From the NCBI GenBank assembly GCA_013239625.1, contig MU054129.1, forward strand, positions 375,238 through 439,237: a stretch of 64,000 nt of DNA, written 5' to 3'. Position 1 is the first letter of the stretch. Each line of letters starts with the position of its first letter. Both the position numbers and the translations under genes were made by a program. A model generated the notes under the pieces. That model had not been told where the DNA came from, made no database searches, and saw only the letters and a list, made by a program, of their open reading frames with translations. Below, in pieces: positions 37,511 to 51,286 of the stretch. Source of the DNA: Lama guanicoe (taxonomy: Eukaryota).

Positions 37511-39139
37511 CAGGGAGAGCTCCGCTGCTCAGTCCCCAGACTTTCTGGTGTGTCTGTGACTCCAGGAGTCATGAGGCCACAGCCTGGAGGGGGAAGAGAA
37601 GTGAAAAACACAGTTTGTCGGAGTAGACAGAAATGCCAAGACCTAAAACTAGAGTTCCAATTATGTGTTTAGTTGCAGTTGAAATGAGAATTTATTCAGC
37701 TGGAAGGACATCCGGCAGCTGGGGAGAGCTTTCCGAGGCGGCAGGGAACGGCATGCAGTCTAGTGAGGCGCGTGCAGGTTTACCTGCCTGGAATGCGGAA
37801 TCCAAGGCAGGAAATAAGGGGAGATGCTCACAAGACCATGGTAATTGCGACTCTAATTATTCACGTAACAGGCCATGATAACCGTGAGGTAGAGTATTTG
37901 GAACTTTGGTTGGTTGAGCAGTTGGGACATAATACAATAGGAAATAAATTAGCTGCTTGACGAACTGGGTGATTGAGTCATGGATTAGGGAAGTGATTGT
38001 AGAAATAAATAAGAGTAGAACAAGACATTACATGGGAGAAAAACTGGTCAAATTTGGCAAATGTTTGATGTGAAAGTATCAAAATTTCTTGAGGGCTCAC
38101 TCTCTGGGTTGAATTTGGACCACAGACGCTGTTGTATTGGAAAGAGTCTGATTTTATAAAACTTTAGGGAACTCAGGCTTTGAAGTTGAAAATGTCTAAA
38201 ATTCTGAATCCAGATAGGAGGTTATAGGTTGGGGTTTGTGTCAAAGTCCGATTTTATCCTACTTGCAAGCTAATACTTTGGTTGGGGGTTGGTTAAAAGT
38301 TTGCACGGTCCTTCAGTAACCTGTGCCTAGTCATTAGGGAAGCTTTGGTCCAGATAGTTGGGAGGTAGAAGTTTGGTGAATTTGGAGAGGAGGGGAGAAA
38401 TTAGATGTAAAGATACATTATCAATTATATTTCTCCTTTACAGGTATATATTTACTCTCCTTAAGCTGGAATTAGACTCTTCAGGTCAAGAATATGCTTG
38501 ATACCATTGATTATATGTGAATTATAAAATTCCTGTTTCAGAGACAAGGTGGAAGAAACTGTGATCTCTGCATTGGAGGCAAGTGTATATGTATGATTTG
38601 TGGAGCAGAATTACCTTTTCATTCATCTTTTCTTACATTGATGATGGCAAAGGATACACACATACACATCTTTGAACTTTGAAGTTTGGAATTAGTTTTC
38701 AAAAGAACACAGATAGAATCTTATGCTTAGGAATTGAGTTGGATATTTATACACTGCTTCTTTTCCTAAGAATTAAGTAGGTTATGTTTGTGAAAATGGT
38801 GAAGAAACTGTAAAGTGCTTTGCAAATATCGTTAAAACTACGTTGTTTCCAGACCTACTTTCTTTTGGAATCCATCAGTTAGAAAATATGGATAAATAAA
38901 TGTATTTTTAGAAGTTGAAATACTGGAACATCATTACCAAACATCATCTAATAGAATTGAAAAATTCCGAATTCCTTCTCAAATACGATTTTATCACTTT
39001 TTAATATTCATCATTCAGTCTTTTTAAATGCCAGTTGTTATGAGTTTACATCATAGTATTTATGCACTTTTGTATCCTTTAAGAAATTAACCTGTATTAA
39101 AAAATGTATACACAGAGCAGAGCCCGCAGCACTTGTAGG

Positions 39140-39301
39140 AGGCGGAGAGGCAGTTTGGTTGTCACAGCTGGAGGGGTGCTCCCGGCACCCAGTGCCTAGA
39201 GGCCAGCGATGCTGGTAAACAGCTTACAGTGCTTAGGACAGCCCCCGGCAACAACGAATTATCTGCCCAAATGTTTGCAGTGCTGAGGCTGAGAAACCCT
39301 G
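39140..39301 (+). mobile_element. MER20-like hAT element (partial)
   Basis: ttggttgtcacagctgg...tagaggccagcgatgctg...aggacagcccc...gaattatctgcccaaatgt...gtgctgaggctgagaaaccctg. Confidence 0.8.
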
Positions 39302-40010
39302 CCCTAGCAGAGATTTGTCACTGTTGTCACTGTCTTCTTTGTCTTTTTTGCATTGTTGTTATTTCCCGCTGCTTGCTGTCTTAACTGATTACTGCAGTTG
39401 TGTAAGCTTCCCGTATTCTTACCCTGTGAAGCCTCCCTCTTCCAGTGCTCAGGCACTGCAGTCAGAACAAGTGGAGTCTGCTTTCCAGGGTTGCCCATGC
39501 TTCTCTTCATCTTTGAGCTTGTGTTTGGGAAGAATATCTGATTCTGTTAATTTATAGCAGTGATGGAATGATGGCCCATGGGGGTTATCTCAAAACCATC
39601 CCAAACCAGTTGCTTGTTAACCCAGAAGAGCCGTGGATTAGAAGGGTTTAGTTTCTGTGGGGGAAGATTTTTAAGGCACTTAAGCAGCAACTTACTCTGC
39701 AAATCTATCTTCACAATTAGTTCTACTCAGCTTCAACTTTTCACAATATATTTCTTGAAAATTTTAACTCAGAAGTCCTAAAAAATCTTCATATCTTTCT
39801 CATAACTCCATTCCTCTCTCCCCTTATTTTCATCTGTAACATTTTTGGCAGAATTGTTTTATTTACACATCCAGATTTCCTGGAAAGAGACAGAGGCAGA
39901 TGGTTTGAGGTGCAATATGGGAGAAAGGTGAGGTCATGAGGGTGGGTTTAGGATATACTGCAGGATGTGGGATAGACAGCTATCAACATTGGGGGAGTGA
40001 CTAGAGCCAT

Positions 40011-40011
<1 letters not shown>

Positions 40012-40037
<26 letters not shown>
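40012..40037. repeat. (TG)n microsatellite
   Basis: Perfect TG run. Confidence 0.95.
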
Positions 40038-40042
<5 letters not shown>

Positions 40043-41129
40043 AGGGTGTGTATATTAGATGGTTGAAAGTTACAGTCCTTTATGTGGGTCACTAATTTAA
40101 TACATTCAGTATTAAATCAATGTTTTATGTCCTTTGTGATTGATTTAGTTTATAATTTATAGTTTATTATTTCACTTTGAGCCAGCTAATTGTATTAGTT
40201 TTAATTCTTAGAGACTAGCTTGTCTGAAAAAGTGGGTGGGTTGGAATATGCGTATAACTGTAGACACACTCTCCTTTCTTGAACTTTCACTTGTAGCTCT
40301 TAGGCGTAGATATTTGTAGAAAATAATTTGACTAGTTTCTAATGAAGAAATAGATAATGTAGCTAGGTTTGAAGTCACATTGTACAAGTCACTTCTCCAA
40401 GACTGCAGCAGGAAAGGCACTTAAGTATGTTGCTGAAACATAAGACAAGACTGTTCCTCGAAATCTGCCTTTGTCCTACAAGAGAAGAGCTTTGTTAATG
40501 GAATTTAGTTCTTTAAGATCAGAGTGAATACATAAATGTTAGAAGCCTGGTCAGCACAGTGTGATGCCTAAGACATGGTTGATGACTCAAGTTCCTTAGG
40601 AAGAAAATACAATTTTATGTTGGGGAAAATGCTCTTGTTATCTGGCTTTTAAATTGCACAAGTGAAAAGGCTGTACAGAACACCTCGATTACAAGTGATT
40701 TTCCTGAGGAATGGGAATGTGCCAGCCTTAGCTTTTTCTTAAACATTGTCTCATATATTGTAATTGAGTTTTTTTTTGTTAACACGAAGATCTGTGATGT
40801 CAAAAGATTTTTGCAGATTTTCTTCCTCTATCCATAAGATTGTCTGATCAACTTTCTTTCATAGAAAATGAAAATGATTCACTTTGTTTCTTACGTAATA
40901 TTGCTCTCCCACACAAAGATGACACTGAGCTACTGTCAGTGAGCTGTGCTGATGGTCTCTTCTCCTCTGATGTCAATGGCATGTTCATTCTATGTTTTTT
41001 GCCCTGTTACATTTAATTTAGATCAGAACAGAAGATTGTAGGCTTTAGATTTAGGAGTTAGGAAGGAAGTTTTGTTCACAGGCACTCCTGGGAAGCAAGA
41101 TGCTGTCTCTTGATGGAACATGAGAAATA

Positions 41130-41395
41130 ACCCCAAGGGCTGGCACTTAGGGCATACTTACTGTGTGCCAGGTTTCTGGATGGAGTTGATACACCAAATG
41201 CCCAGGTTAGGGTGTATCAACTCACATTCCACAACATCTCTGTAAGGCTCTGTTACTCTCATTTTATAAATGAGGGAACAGGATCAGGGAGGGTAAGCTA
41301 TCCAAGTCAGAAAAGGCCTTTAGCTATTAAGTGGGGAAGCCAGGATTTGAATGTGTTCAATCTGGCTCCAGAATTCATGCTCTTAAAAACTTAAC
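41130..41395 (-). mobile_element. MIR
   Basis: tacttactgtgtgccagg...cattttataaatgagggaacagg...gccaggatttgaa...tctggctccaga. Confidence 0.7.
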
Positions 41396-43635
41396 TGCCT
41401 CTAAGAAACATATACTTTAAAAAATATAATGAGTTTGTTAGATTCTGCCTCTGTATGAAGCTTGGATCATTTTACAATCAGAGCATAATTGAGGCTCTTT
41501 GTGATTAGAGTATTTGAGCCATTTGGCTTTTGGTCAGTCAAGTTCTTTGCAAGGTTTTTGGTTTTTGTTTTTGATGTTAGGAAGTATTTGCAATTAAGAG
41601 AGGGTAAGTAGCTTACAGAAACATTTTATGCACAATACCATTTCAGTTTTGTCAGAGATAAGTTTATATATGTATTCATTTTTTAAAAGCTGGGGACAGG
41701 TAATAAATCTCTGGATGGTGAGATATAGGTTCTATCTTTTACAAAAGTATCTATTAGAAAAGTAATCCCTTATGTAATTTTGTGATCAAGTACTCACAAA
41801 AGACATCAGGGGAAAAAACATTTTTTAATGGCAGAGTACCTTTAGTAAATCCAGGTGTCTTTCAAAAAAGTTACAGGAATTAAAATGCTTTTCTCAAATT
41901 ATAAAAAAGAATAGACCTACTAAGCTCTCTAGTGGCAAGGAGACCAAGTTCTATTTTTTCTGCTTAGAGTCTGCTGACCATTTTCCTCTTATTCCTGTGT
42001 GTGTTTAGGTAAGTGAGTTTTTGGTGTAGCTTTACTCCCCCCCCCCCCGTTTTTCTTTTAACTGTGAAAATTAGTTATCTGTTTTCCCATATCACAGGTA
42101 CAATCTAATTATTCTTCTGCCAGTTTTACACATAGGCATTTGCTTGACATACTATGTTTGTTTTTCCCTAACTTTTTATCTTAAAAACTTCTATATTTTC
42201 TAAAAGGTTGGTAATATATATAGTCCAATGAACATCTATATACTTTTTACCTAAGTTTACTAATGGTTATCTTTTGCCACATTTGTTTTCTCTCTCTTAA
42301 TATATACTGTTTTTTTTTCTGAACTCCTAATTTCATACCCTTAAATACCTCAGTTTGCATCTTACAAGTTTAAGGGCGTTGTCCTTACATAACCAAGAAG
42401 ATTATTTTCTCTTTTTAAGTGTGGGGATGTTCAAATTTCCCATGGGGCTTGCAGGTACTAGGCACCACGTGAATTTATTTTATGCAGATTTCTGGGGATT
42501 ACAACTAAGGGCTGGAAAGTAAAATGCTTTTTATGTATAGATAATGCAATAGTAGAGAAAAGAGACATTGCCAAATAACTACCCTGCAGGATGGAGCATT
42601 TTATATAAGAACGATGGCACAATAAAGCAATAGCCTAGAGGTTATCACAACATTATGACCTCTTAGGATAAAGATATTAGTAAGGATGAGCCTGGCTCAA
42701 GAAGATGCTAAAGTAGAGGACAAACAAACAAAACCCAGTACTAGTCAAAGTGGAAAGGTATCTGGCACATAGATAAACTTCAGTTATCTAGAAAGTTTCC
42801 TCAGTGGAACCTGTCATTTTCCTTTGATGTCAGATCACTACCATATTACTGTACTCTCGGTTAAATGTATTTTGTCTTCATCATCAGGAGACAGATCTGT
42901 TTTCTCCGTTGTTAAGGACTTTACATGATCAGAACATCCTCAGTGAGTGTTACATGCTTTAGCAGAAGGGAGAAAAGGAGTTAGAGGTCGGCATCCTTTG
43001 AGTCCTTCCTGGTCTGCTCCCTCCCTGCGGTTCCTGTGGCCCGGCTTGGGAAATGTATCTGAGTGAGAAAAGCAGCTCCAGGCCTGTATTCAGGGACTAC
43101 AATAGAATATTCATTTTTTTCATTGTTCATTGTTTTATTATTTTTACTCCTAGATTTGTAGGTTTGTTTCCCTGTTGAGTATTTTTTTATTCCCTATTAA
43201 TTAAAAAAATTACTTAGGCTGAAAGGGTTAATACTTAGGCTGGTTAGAATTTTCTCTATAAAAACTTAATTGCTTTTTCTCAACTACTATGTCTTCCTAT
43301 TAAAAACATATTTTTTAAACACTTAGCAGTTGTCATTCCCTGCAAAAATTAGACTAAAGGGAAATGTAGAATGTCTTCATGGTTATCTGATTCTATCCAA
43401 TAAAAGCTATAAAATTGACTATGTTATTAACATGAAACCTTATTAAAAAAAAAAACCCCTTTTCATTTTGGGGTAAATTTAGACTCACAGAATGTTAGTG
43501 CTAGAAGGAAGTTTTGTAGTCTTGGTTGGGTTACTTAACCTATCTGTGAATCATCTTAAGATTAATTGTACTCGTCTTATATGGTTGGTTTGAGGTTTAA
43601 GTGAGATAGTATATTCATTGATTAATTAAGCCGTA

Positions 43636-43850
43636 ATTTACTGAATTCTTACCTGCTAGGCACTGTATGCTATTGTAAGCACATTAATTCATTTAATCCA
43701 GGTAACAACACTATTAGGTACAGATACTGCCATTTCACTTATTTTACAGACAGGGAAGGTGAGGCACAAAGAGGGAGGTAACTTGTCCAAGATCACTCAG
43801 CTAGTAAGTGGCAGAGCTGGGATTCTATCCCATGCAGTTTAGTTCTACTT
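43636..43850 (-). mobile_element. MIR
   Basis: attttacagacagggaaggtgaggcacaaagagg...taacttgtccaagatcactcagctagtaagtggcagagctgggatt core. Confidence 0.8.
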
Positions 43851-44264
43851 ATAAATAAAAGCTAGTGCTTGCTTTTAGACGTTGACCATGTACTTCCGTG
43901 GTTATTGAAAAACTTAGTTGCAACAGCAGTATGACAGTTACAATGCTGTCCAGAAAGTCATGCCAAACGGTGCGGAAAGTTGCATGGGTAATTGCAGAGA
44001 CCGGTATCTGAAATGTGCTCATAGCATCAGTGGAAGATTTTTAAAAACCTTATCTAGTGAATAGATCTATAATAATTTTATTTTTAACAAATTGCATTTT
44101 GCAAATGCTAGACCTATTAGACATTCTGATACTTCCTGGATGAGTATCATAGGATCACATTTCCTGATAATTGATGCATGGCTCTCTTATCAGCAAGGTA
44201 TAGGCTGCTTTTTTTAAAAATAAATATAAATGAAAACAGATATTTCCATGGACCAGTAAGTGGA

Positions 44265-44840
44265 TTCCTTAATTCTTATGGCAGACATTTACTGAGCCCC
44301 TATTTTCTTTCTTACTCTGTCCTAGGTAATGAGGGTACATCACAGAACAAATCTAAGTCCATGTTCTTATGGAACTTACATTCAAGTGGTGGAGGGATGT
44401 GTCAATAAATGATAGTGTGAAGGAAGGTAAAGAAGGGATAGAAGGGGTGTGATTGGGACATAGGCTTTCAGACAGGATGATGAGAGACAGCTTGTGAAGA
44501 AATTGAGTACATATCTGAATGAAGTGTGGCAGAGAAGTGTGGCTCCCTGCTCTGGGGGAGGATGGTCCAGGCAGAGGGACAGGTGTTGAGGCTCATGTGG
44601 CTGCAGAGTAAGGGGCGAGTGGCAGAAGGTAAGGTGAGACAGATAAGGGAGTGGAGTGGGGGGAAATGCAGCCTCCTGTAGGGATCGCGGCAGCCTTGTA
44701 TGCTGCGGCTAGGACTTGGAGCAGCTGGGAAACCTTTGGAAGGTTTTGAGCAGAAGACTGACATGATATGACTTCACTTCAACATTATTCCTCTGGCTGC
44801 TGCGTGAAAAGGAGGCTGCAGTGGGGCGAGAGCGGAGGCC
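44265..44840 (-). mobile_element. L2 3' fragment
   Basis: acatttactgagcccct...ggaacttacattc...ccaggcagagggacag...ggaaggttttgagcag...ctctggctgctg. Confidence 0.75.
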
Positions 44841-46299
44841 AGTTATTTGTCATGAGTTTTGACTGTCTAGAACCTTTTAAATCTTGCTTTGTTTGGTACA
44901 TTTTCAGCCTTAAGAATTTCATCTCCCTACTTTAGACTCCTCAGCCTTTCATTTGCAACTAGGACACAGACATGCACACTAGTCTTCTTAAGTAGCTCCT
45001 CTAATCAGGAGCATCGCTGGAGACCTGGATTCTGACTGAGCAGGCGTGGATGCTTGCTGAAGTCTCGCCAATACTGTGCATCTTTCAGACAGTGGTGACA
45101 GGTTTTCCCCTAGTCATTTAAAGCTTGTGTTTGTGGTACACAAGGGGCATTGTACAGGCAGGGCTCTCCACTAGGGTTGATGTTTTTCACAAGATATTTT
45201 GGGGGTAATTATGGCATATACTCCTGCTTCTGGGAATACCTGGATAGTCTTGAGGAAGATAAATGTGGGGAGGGTGCCAGTATTATTGTCAAGTAATACA
45301 GTAATACTTCAAGTAAAAGAATATTGTTTGGGAATTATGGGAATTGAATGAGATCATAATGGAGAATGCTTTTATCATTTATGGAAAAGTCTATAGATTC
45401 TGGGCCAGGTTTCCTTTGTAGGATTTGCACATTGATTTGCAAGAAACACAAAACCTTGTATCCATATCTGTGTCTGGTGTTCCTTTGCTTGGCTCATGAT
45501 GTAGATGTCTCTTGTGCTTGTTCTTATAGAAGCAATGATATTGCCAGCGTTTATTAGGGCATATATTTTCATAGGTTAATGGAACCTGGGAGAGTCTAGC
45601 AAGTAACAGGGGTCAGGAATAGGGTAGCCAATTAGGAACTGGAGTAGGCAAGTATGCAGCTTGGAACTAGGGCATCAGATCTGTATCAAAGGGGAGATAA
45701 GATAACAAATACAAGTAGATAAGAGGCCAGGGTCTATTCAGACATGGTTGAGGAGAGGAGTGAATATTTAAGTGCATCAGTGAGATTTGGTGTTAGAGCT
45801 GCATCTGTCCCTACTTTTTGAGCTTTTGACTGGTTGCTAAGGTATAGGAACAAATCTCAGTTAAGTAGGCGCAGGCTCTGCATGTGGGAGCAGGCAATTC
45901 TGTGGCGTCTGACGGAGCCAAGTAGCGCAGGAGCTGGAGACTGGAGTGGGCTCCTGTAGGGGAAACTGTGCCAATTTCAATCACTAGCTGTGGAAATCAA
46001 ATATATATATTTGGTGTATAAGAAGTACATTCTTCTGTATTATTTCATTACATGTTTTTCCACGTCTTTGAGGTAGATGTCAATTTAGATTTTAAACTGG
46101 TTTAAAAACCTATTATATGCTATATTAAGATAATTTTTTTCTTTTCTTTTTTTTTTTTTAGTCATAGCAAAAATGTTAACCAGTAACTTGCCTTGTAATA
46201 AAATTATTCTATAAAGTTATGAAGATTGAAACCAAAGTTGTCTTCTTGGCATTGTCTCCTAATTGCTGTGTGACATTAGGCTTCTTATAGATCTCAATT

Positions 46300-46428
46300 T
46301 AATTGTCTTTATTTTATTTTTTTATTTATTAATTCATTTACTTTTTTTTTTAAATGGAGGTGCCGGGGATTGAACCCAGGACCTCATGCGTGCTGAGCAC
46401 ACACTCTACCACTGAGCTATACCTCAAC
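46300..46428 (-). mobile_element. Vic-1-type tRNA-derived SINE
   Basis: Reverse complement: ggtatagctcagtggtagagtgtgtgctcagcacgcatgaggtcctgggttcaatcccc plus A-rich tail. Confidence 0.9.
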
Positions 46429-46871
46429 CCAGTTTTCTTTAAAGCAGGCTAGTAGTTCTTACTTTATAGGTCAGTTGAGTGGCTTACATGAAAAGCTGCA
46501 GCAAGTGCTCAATAAGTGTCAGCTATCATTACGTCTAGTAATTGTTTCTAAACAAGAAGTTTATCTAGTCAGGCTATTTTTTGCACCTAGTGAGCTATCT
46601 GTACATTTAAAGAATTGAATACATTTTTGAAATAAAGGAGACATATATAGTTTTGGCTTTTTAATTTTTCCATTTATAGATGTGAAATGTGAAGCTTAAA
46701 AAATTTTGTTTTAAACACATCATTTTAGCCAGATTTTCATGTGAATTTTAAAATACTAGATTTCTAAAGTAGGAATGGGAGTAAACCTTAGTGTAATATT
46801 ATGAATATATTACATGATGAAAAATATAGATACTTGTATTAAAGTCAAGAGCAAAGTGCAAATGCTCTCAT

Positions 46872-46898
<27 letters not shown>
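46872..46898. repeat. (TA)n microsatellite
   Basis: Perfect TA run. Confidence 0.95.
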
Positions 46899-46904
<6 letters not shown>

Positions 46905-47034
46905 TCTTAGAAATTTTTATTGTAAAAATCAAGGGGCTCGTGAATCCCCTCTAGAGGCACATGGATCTCAGGTTAGAACTCCCGTTATAGTGGAGGGAAA
47001 ATGTGGTTATCACCAGTCAGCACTGATGAAGTTG

Positions 47035-47204
47035 AGTGCTTGAGTAAACTTTCTGTAGGTTTGGCATCTATTTTGTAAGCTCTGCCTTTTCAGCCCTGCC
47101 ATTGTCATATGAAAACAGTCATAGAAAATACATGAATGAATCTGTTGAAAAAACAGATGGCCAACCTCGAGTTGGCCTTTGGGCTGTAGCTTGCCTACCC
47201 CTGC
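47035..47204 (+). mobile_element. MER58A-like hAT MITE
   Basis: aaactttctgta...aaacagtcataga...tggcctttgggctgtagcttgcctacccctg. Confidence 0.65.
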
Positions 47205-48169
47205 TTTATTTTATTTGGGAACTTTTTCTAATCAGTGCATTACTTGTGACATCAGGTAAGGCATATCTTGCTTAAATGGTAGCACCGGTGGTCACTAGCC
47301 TGATGAACATACTTAACGTTAAATGCGTAGATTAAAGCAAGCATGTAGAAGAAGAAGGCTCTCGCTGCTGGTGGAAGTCAGGGAACTTCTGTATGCAGAG
47401 AAGTTGCAGAGTTTCTCAAACTTGAATATGTATGCAGATGATGGTGGGGATCAGGTGCATCGGGGTAGAGCCTGAGTCATTCTGGGAATCTGGGATCATG
47501 TGAGGTGAGCCCGAGATGCTGTATTGGAACAGTTCTCCTGGAGATACCCGTGCAGCTAGTTCCTGAAATACAGTTTGAACAGCAAGATTCCATGTGTGAG
47601 GAAAATGCAAAATGTTGTACACACAAAAAAATTTGGTTGGTTAATGACTGAAACATCCACAAACACATATTTCCAGTCTCAGGGGCAATGATTAACAAAG
47701 GAACATGTTATTGGAACACTCAGTGAATAGCAGGCTCCCAGGTTTACTTTTAGCTTTTCAGCCTAAATGTTGAGTCGGACCTACAGTATCACACTGAAGT
47801 TCTTCAACGTGGTCTAGTAGCTCCTCTCTCAGCTGACATTGTGCCTTGCTGTTTGGTCCCCCAGCTCTTCTGGTGCTTGTGACCACTGGCTGCCATTTAA
47901 CCTTTTATTTCCCCAATCTATTCCTACTTACACTGTCCTAGTAGCAAAATATCATCATTTGTGAATAATGATTCATTATAGGATGCTTAATAGTTTCTCG
48001 GAGGTGAATACAATGTTGATTTTATTTATTTTCCTGAAGGAGGGCAAGTTGAAATGTTTTGAATTGTTTTTGGTTTTGATTCTGGACTTTATTTTTGGAA
48101 AAAGTTTATAATTTAGGGAAAAGGAAGAGAAAGGCCAACATATGCCTACCATTTTGTTTCAACATTTTT

Positions 48170-51100
48170 CTTTAAAATTTTTAAGCAATCGTTTTATTGA
48201 GGTATAATTTCTATACAAGAAAATTCAACAATTTTGAGAGGTGGATGTAGTTGTGTAACCACTACTGTAGTAAAAACAGTGTGGAACATTCACATTAGCC
48301 TGTAAAGTTCCTTGTGCTCTTTGCAGCGAATTCAGAATACTTTCTGATTTCCATTTTGATTTCTTTTTTGACCCATGGGCTCATTAGAAGTGTGTTAAGT
48401 TCTTAATATTTGGGGATTTTTCCAAGTTTCTGCTGCTGATTTAGTTGCACTGTAGGAAGAAAACATGCTCTGTTATTTCAGCCTTTCACATTCTATGGAG
48501 ACATGCTTTAAGACCTAGAATTGAGGTCTGTCTTGGTGCACACTCCATGTGCCTATGAAAAGAATGTGTATTCTTTTGTTGGGTGGAATGTTGTGTAAAT
48601 GTTCATTGGGTCAAGTTGTTTGATAGTGTTCAATCCTTGTTTTTTGTCTACTTGTTCAGTGAGGACTGTTATGATTTCCAACTATAATTACAGATTTCTC
48701 TACCTGCATTTCTGTCAGCTTTTTCTTCATGTACTTTGAAGCTCTGTTATGTGATACACACTTAGGACTGTTACAGCCTTAGAATGCGTTATCAAATGTC
48801 CACTTTATCCCTCAGATGTTTTGGAGGGGTTGGTTGCTTTGAAATTCACTTTGATAACACGGCGGCCCCTCCGGGCTAGTTTTGGTTAGTGTTTGGATGG
48901 TGTGACTTCCCCAACCCTTTTACTTTAACTCATCTTTTTGTGTGTGTTTAAAGTGCCTTTTAGACAGCGTGTATTTACATTTTCTTTTTTGAAAAATAAG
49001 AAAATTACTTTCTGTCATTTAATTAATATGTTTAGATCATTTACTTTTCATGTAATTATTTATATGATTGAGTTTAAAACTACCATCCTACTATTTTTCT
49101 GTTAGTTCTGTTGTTCATAGTCTTTTTTCGCTCCTCATTTCCTACATTCTTTAAGATTAATTTGCTTTAAAAATGATTGCATTTTATCTCTGCTCTTGGT
49201 TTATGTAATATACCTGTTTATTATATATTTTTAGAAGGTGTTCCTGGGTGTACAGCATACATTTGTAAGTTACCAGTGTACACCTTCAAGTAATATGCCC
49301 CTTGATGTGTGGTATGCTTCTATTTCTCCTCCCCTCCATCACGCTGTGTTCTCATACATTTTAATTGTATGTGCATCATAAATGCCACATTACGTAGTGT
49401 TTTTTTAAGTACAGTCACTTAACTCTGAAAGAGATTTTAAAAATGAGAAAAGAAGCTTTTAAATTTTCTTATATATTCGTTATTTCTGGCACTATTCTTC
49501 ATGTCAACACGGATATCCAGCTGGATTATTCCTTCTACCTGAAAAACTTTTAACATTTCCTCAGTGCAGGGCTACTCGTGATGAATTGTTAGCTTTGATG
49601 TCTGAAAAAGAGATCATTTTACTTTTTTTTTCTTTCATCTTCATTTGTGAAAGATATTTTCACTGGGTATAGAATCTTAGGGTGAGATTTTTTTCTCATA
49701 CTTTAAACATGTTGCTGAATTACCTTGTGACTTATGTAGAATCATGCTGTCATTGACACTTTTGTTCCTCTGTGTGTAATGTCTTTTTCTCTAGCTCCTA
49801 TGGTCCTATCCAACCCACAGCTGATTTTAAGGTTTTTGGTCCCTAGATTTCAGCCATTTGCCCATGACTTGTCTCTGAGTGGTTTTCTTTTATATTTATC
49901 CTGCTTAGGATTTGTTGAGTTTCTGGGATCTGTACACGGAAATTTATCTTTCACTTTTCCCCCATCATGTTTGTTTTCGTGTATTTTTTATAATGTTCCT
50001 ATAACATGTTTATAATAACTTTTAACTTGTTTGTATACTGATTCCATCATCTCTACAATTTATTTCTAATGTCTGTTTTTTTTCCTCTAGTAATTGGAGA
50101 AAAAATATTTTCATGAATCTTCACATGTGTAGTAATTTCTTATTGGATGCAGATCATTATTGATTTTATTGTTTTTCTGTGTTTGACTTTGTCTCTCCTT
50201 TAAACACTGTCAGATTTTTTGGAGGGGTGTGAAATTAAACTATTTGGAATGAGTCAAATCCTTTGGAAGATGGCCTTTAGACTGTTAGGGTAGGTCCAGA
50301 ACAACCTTTAGTTTGTGGGTAATTTTACCCCATGAATAAGGTGATGGTTTTCTGAAGACTTTACCCAGTGCTCCATGTATTACAGGTCTGTCTTCTCTGG
50401 CTGATGGGAATATGGACACTTCTGAGCTCTGTATAAGCTTTGAAAAATCCTCTGCTTACTTTCTTTGTGGTTTATTTTTCTGACCTGGGATAGTTGATTC
50501 GCTCACATGATCAGATTTGTGCTCAGCCAGACACGTAAGGGGATCCCTCCTCAGGTCTCCGAGCTTCCTTTCTGTGTGGCTTCCTCTTCTTTCATACCCT
50601 GACCCACAAATCCTAAATGCCCACCCTCTCTGCACTCAGGTATCTGGCTCCTCAATTCAGTGAGAGCAGCAGCCTCTGTCTGGGTTCCTTCAACCTGCAC
50701 ATGGACCTAGAAACTGCTTTCAGGTAGTACATTGTGCCAGTTGTGGCTCTTAACCTCATTTGGTTTTCCTCCCATATATTTTTTCTAGTTTTCCAATTAT
50801 TTATGGTGGCAGGTTAAAGTGAGTCCCTTTTCCTCCATTATCGCCAGAAGTGGAAAGTGATAGTAATTTGTGTCCTTTTTCATTTTTGCCCTGTCATGAA
50901 TCACTTCCATGAAAATTATGCATGGCACTTTACTGCTAAATTCTTCAAAATACATATCCAAACATTCAGATCCTTTTCCTACTGTATAACCACAAGGTTT
51001 CTGTATTGAAGAAAATTAAGAGTTTGTCCAGGATTGTTTCCTTCTCAATTGGGTTGTCTTGTCTTTTTGTTTGTTTGTTTGCTCTCATGTGTTTAGACAA

Positions 51101-51260
51101 TGTCATGGTCATGGTTACATGGCTCTTCTCTGTCCTGTTGTTGTTTTTCTGTGATATAACGTGGGTAGCTTCTTTATTCCTTGTCTCTGAGACCAATGTA
51201 TTTTTTTCCCTCAAGTCACAGCTTGAGGGGCTGATTATTTTGTGTTTTACCTACTTTTCT
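48170..51260 (-). mobile_element. Old L1M fragments (ORF1/ORF2 start and 3' end pieces)
   Basis: T-rich antisense L1 motifs: ttttattgaggtataatt, aaaagaatgtgtattc, catgtactttgaagctctgtt, gaaagatatttttcactgggtatagaat. Confidence 0.7.
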
Positions 51261-51286
51261 GGAGTCATGGGATCATGATTATATAC

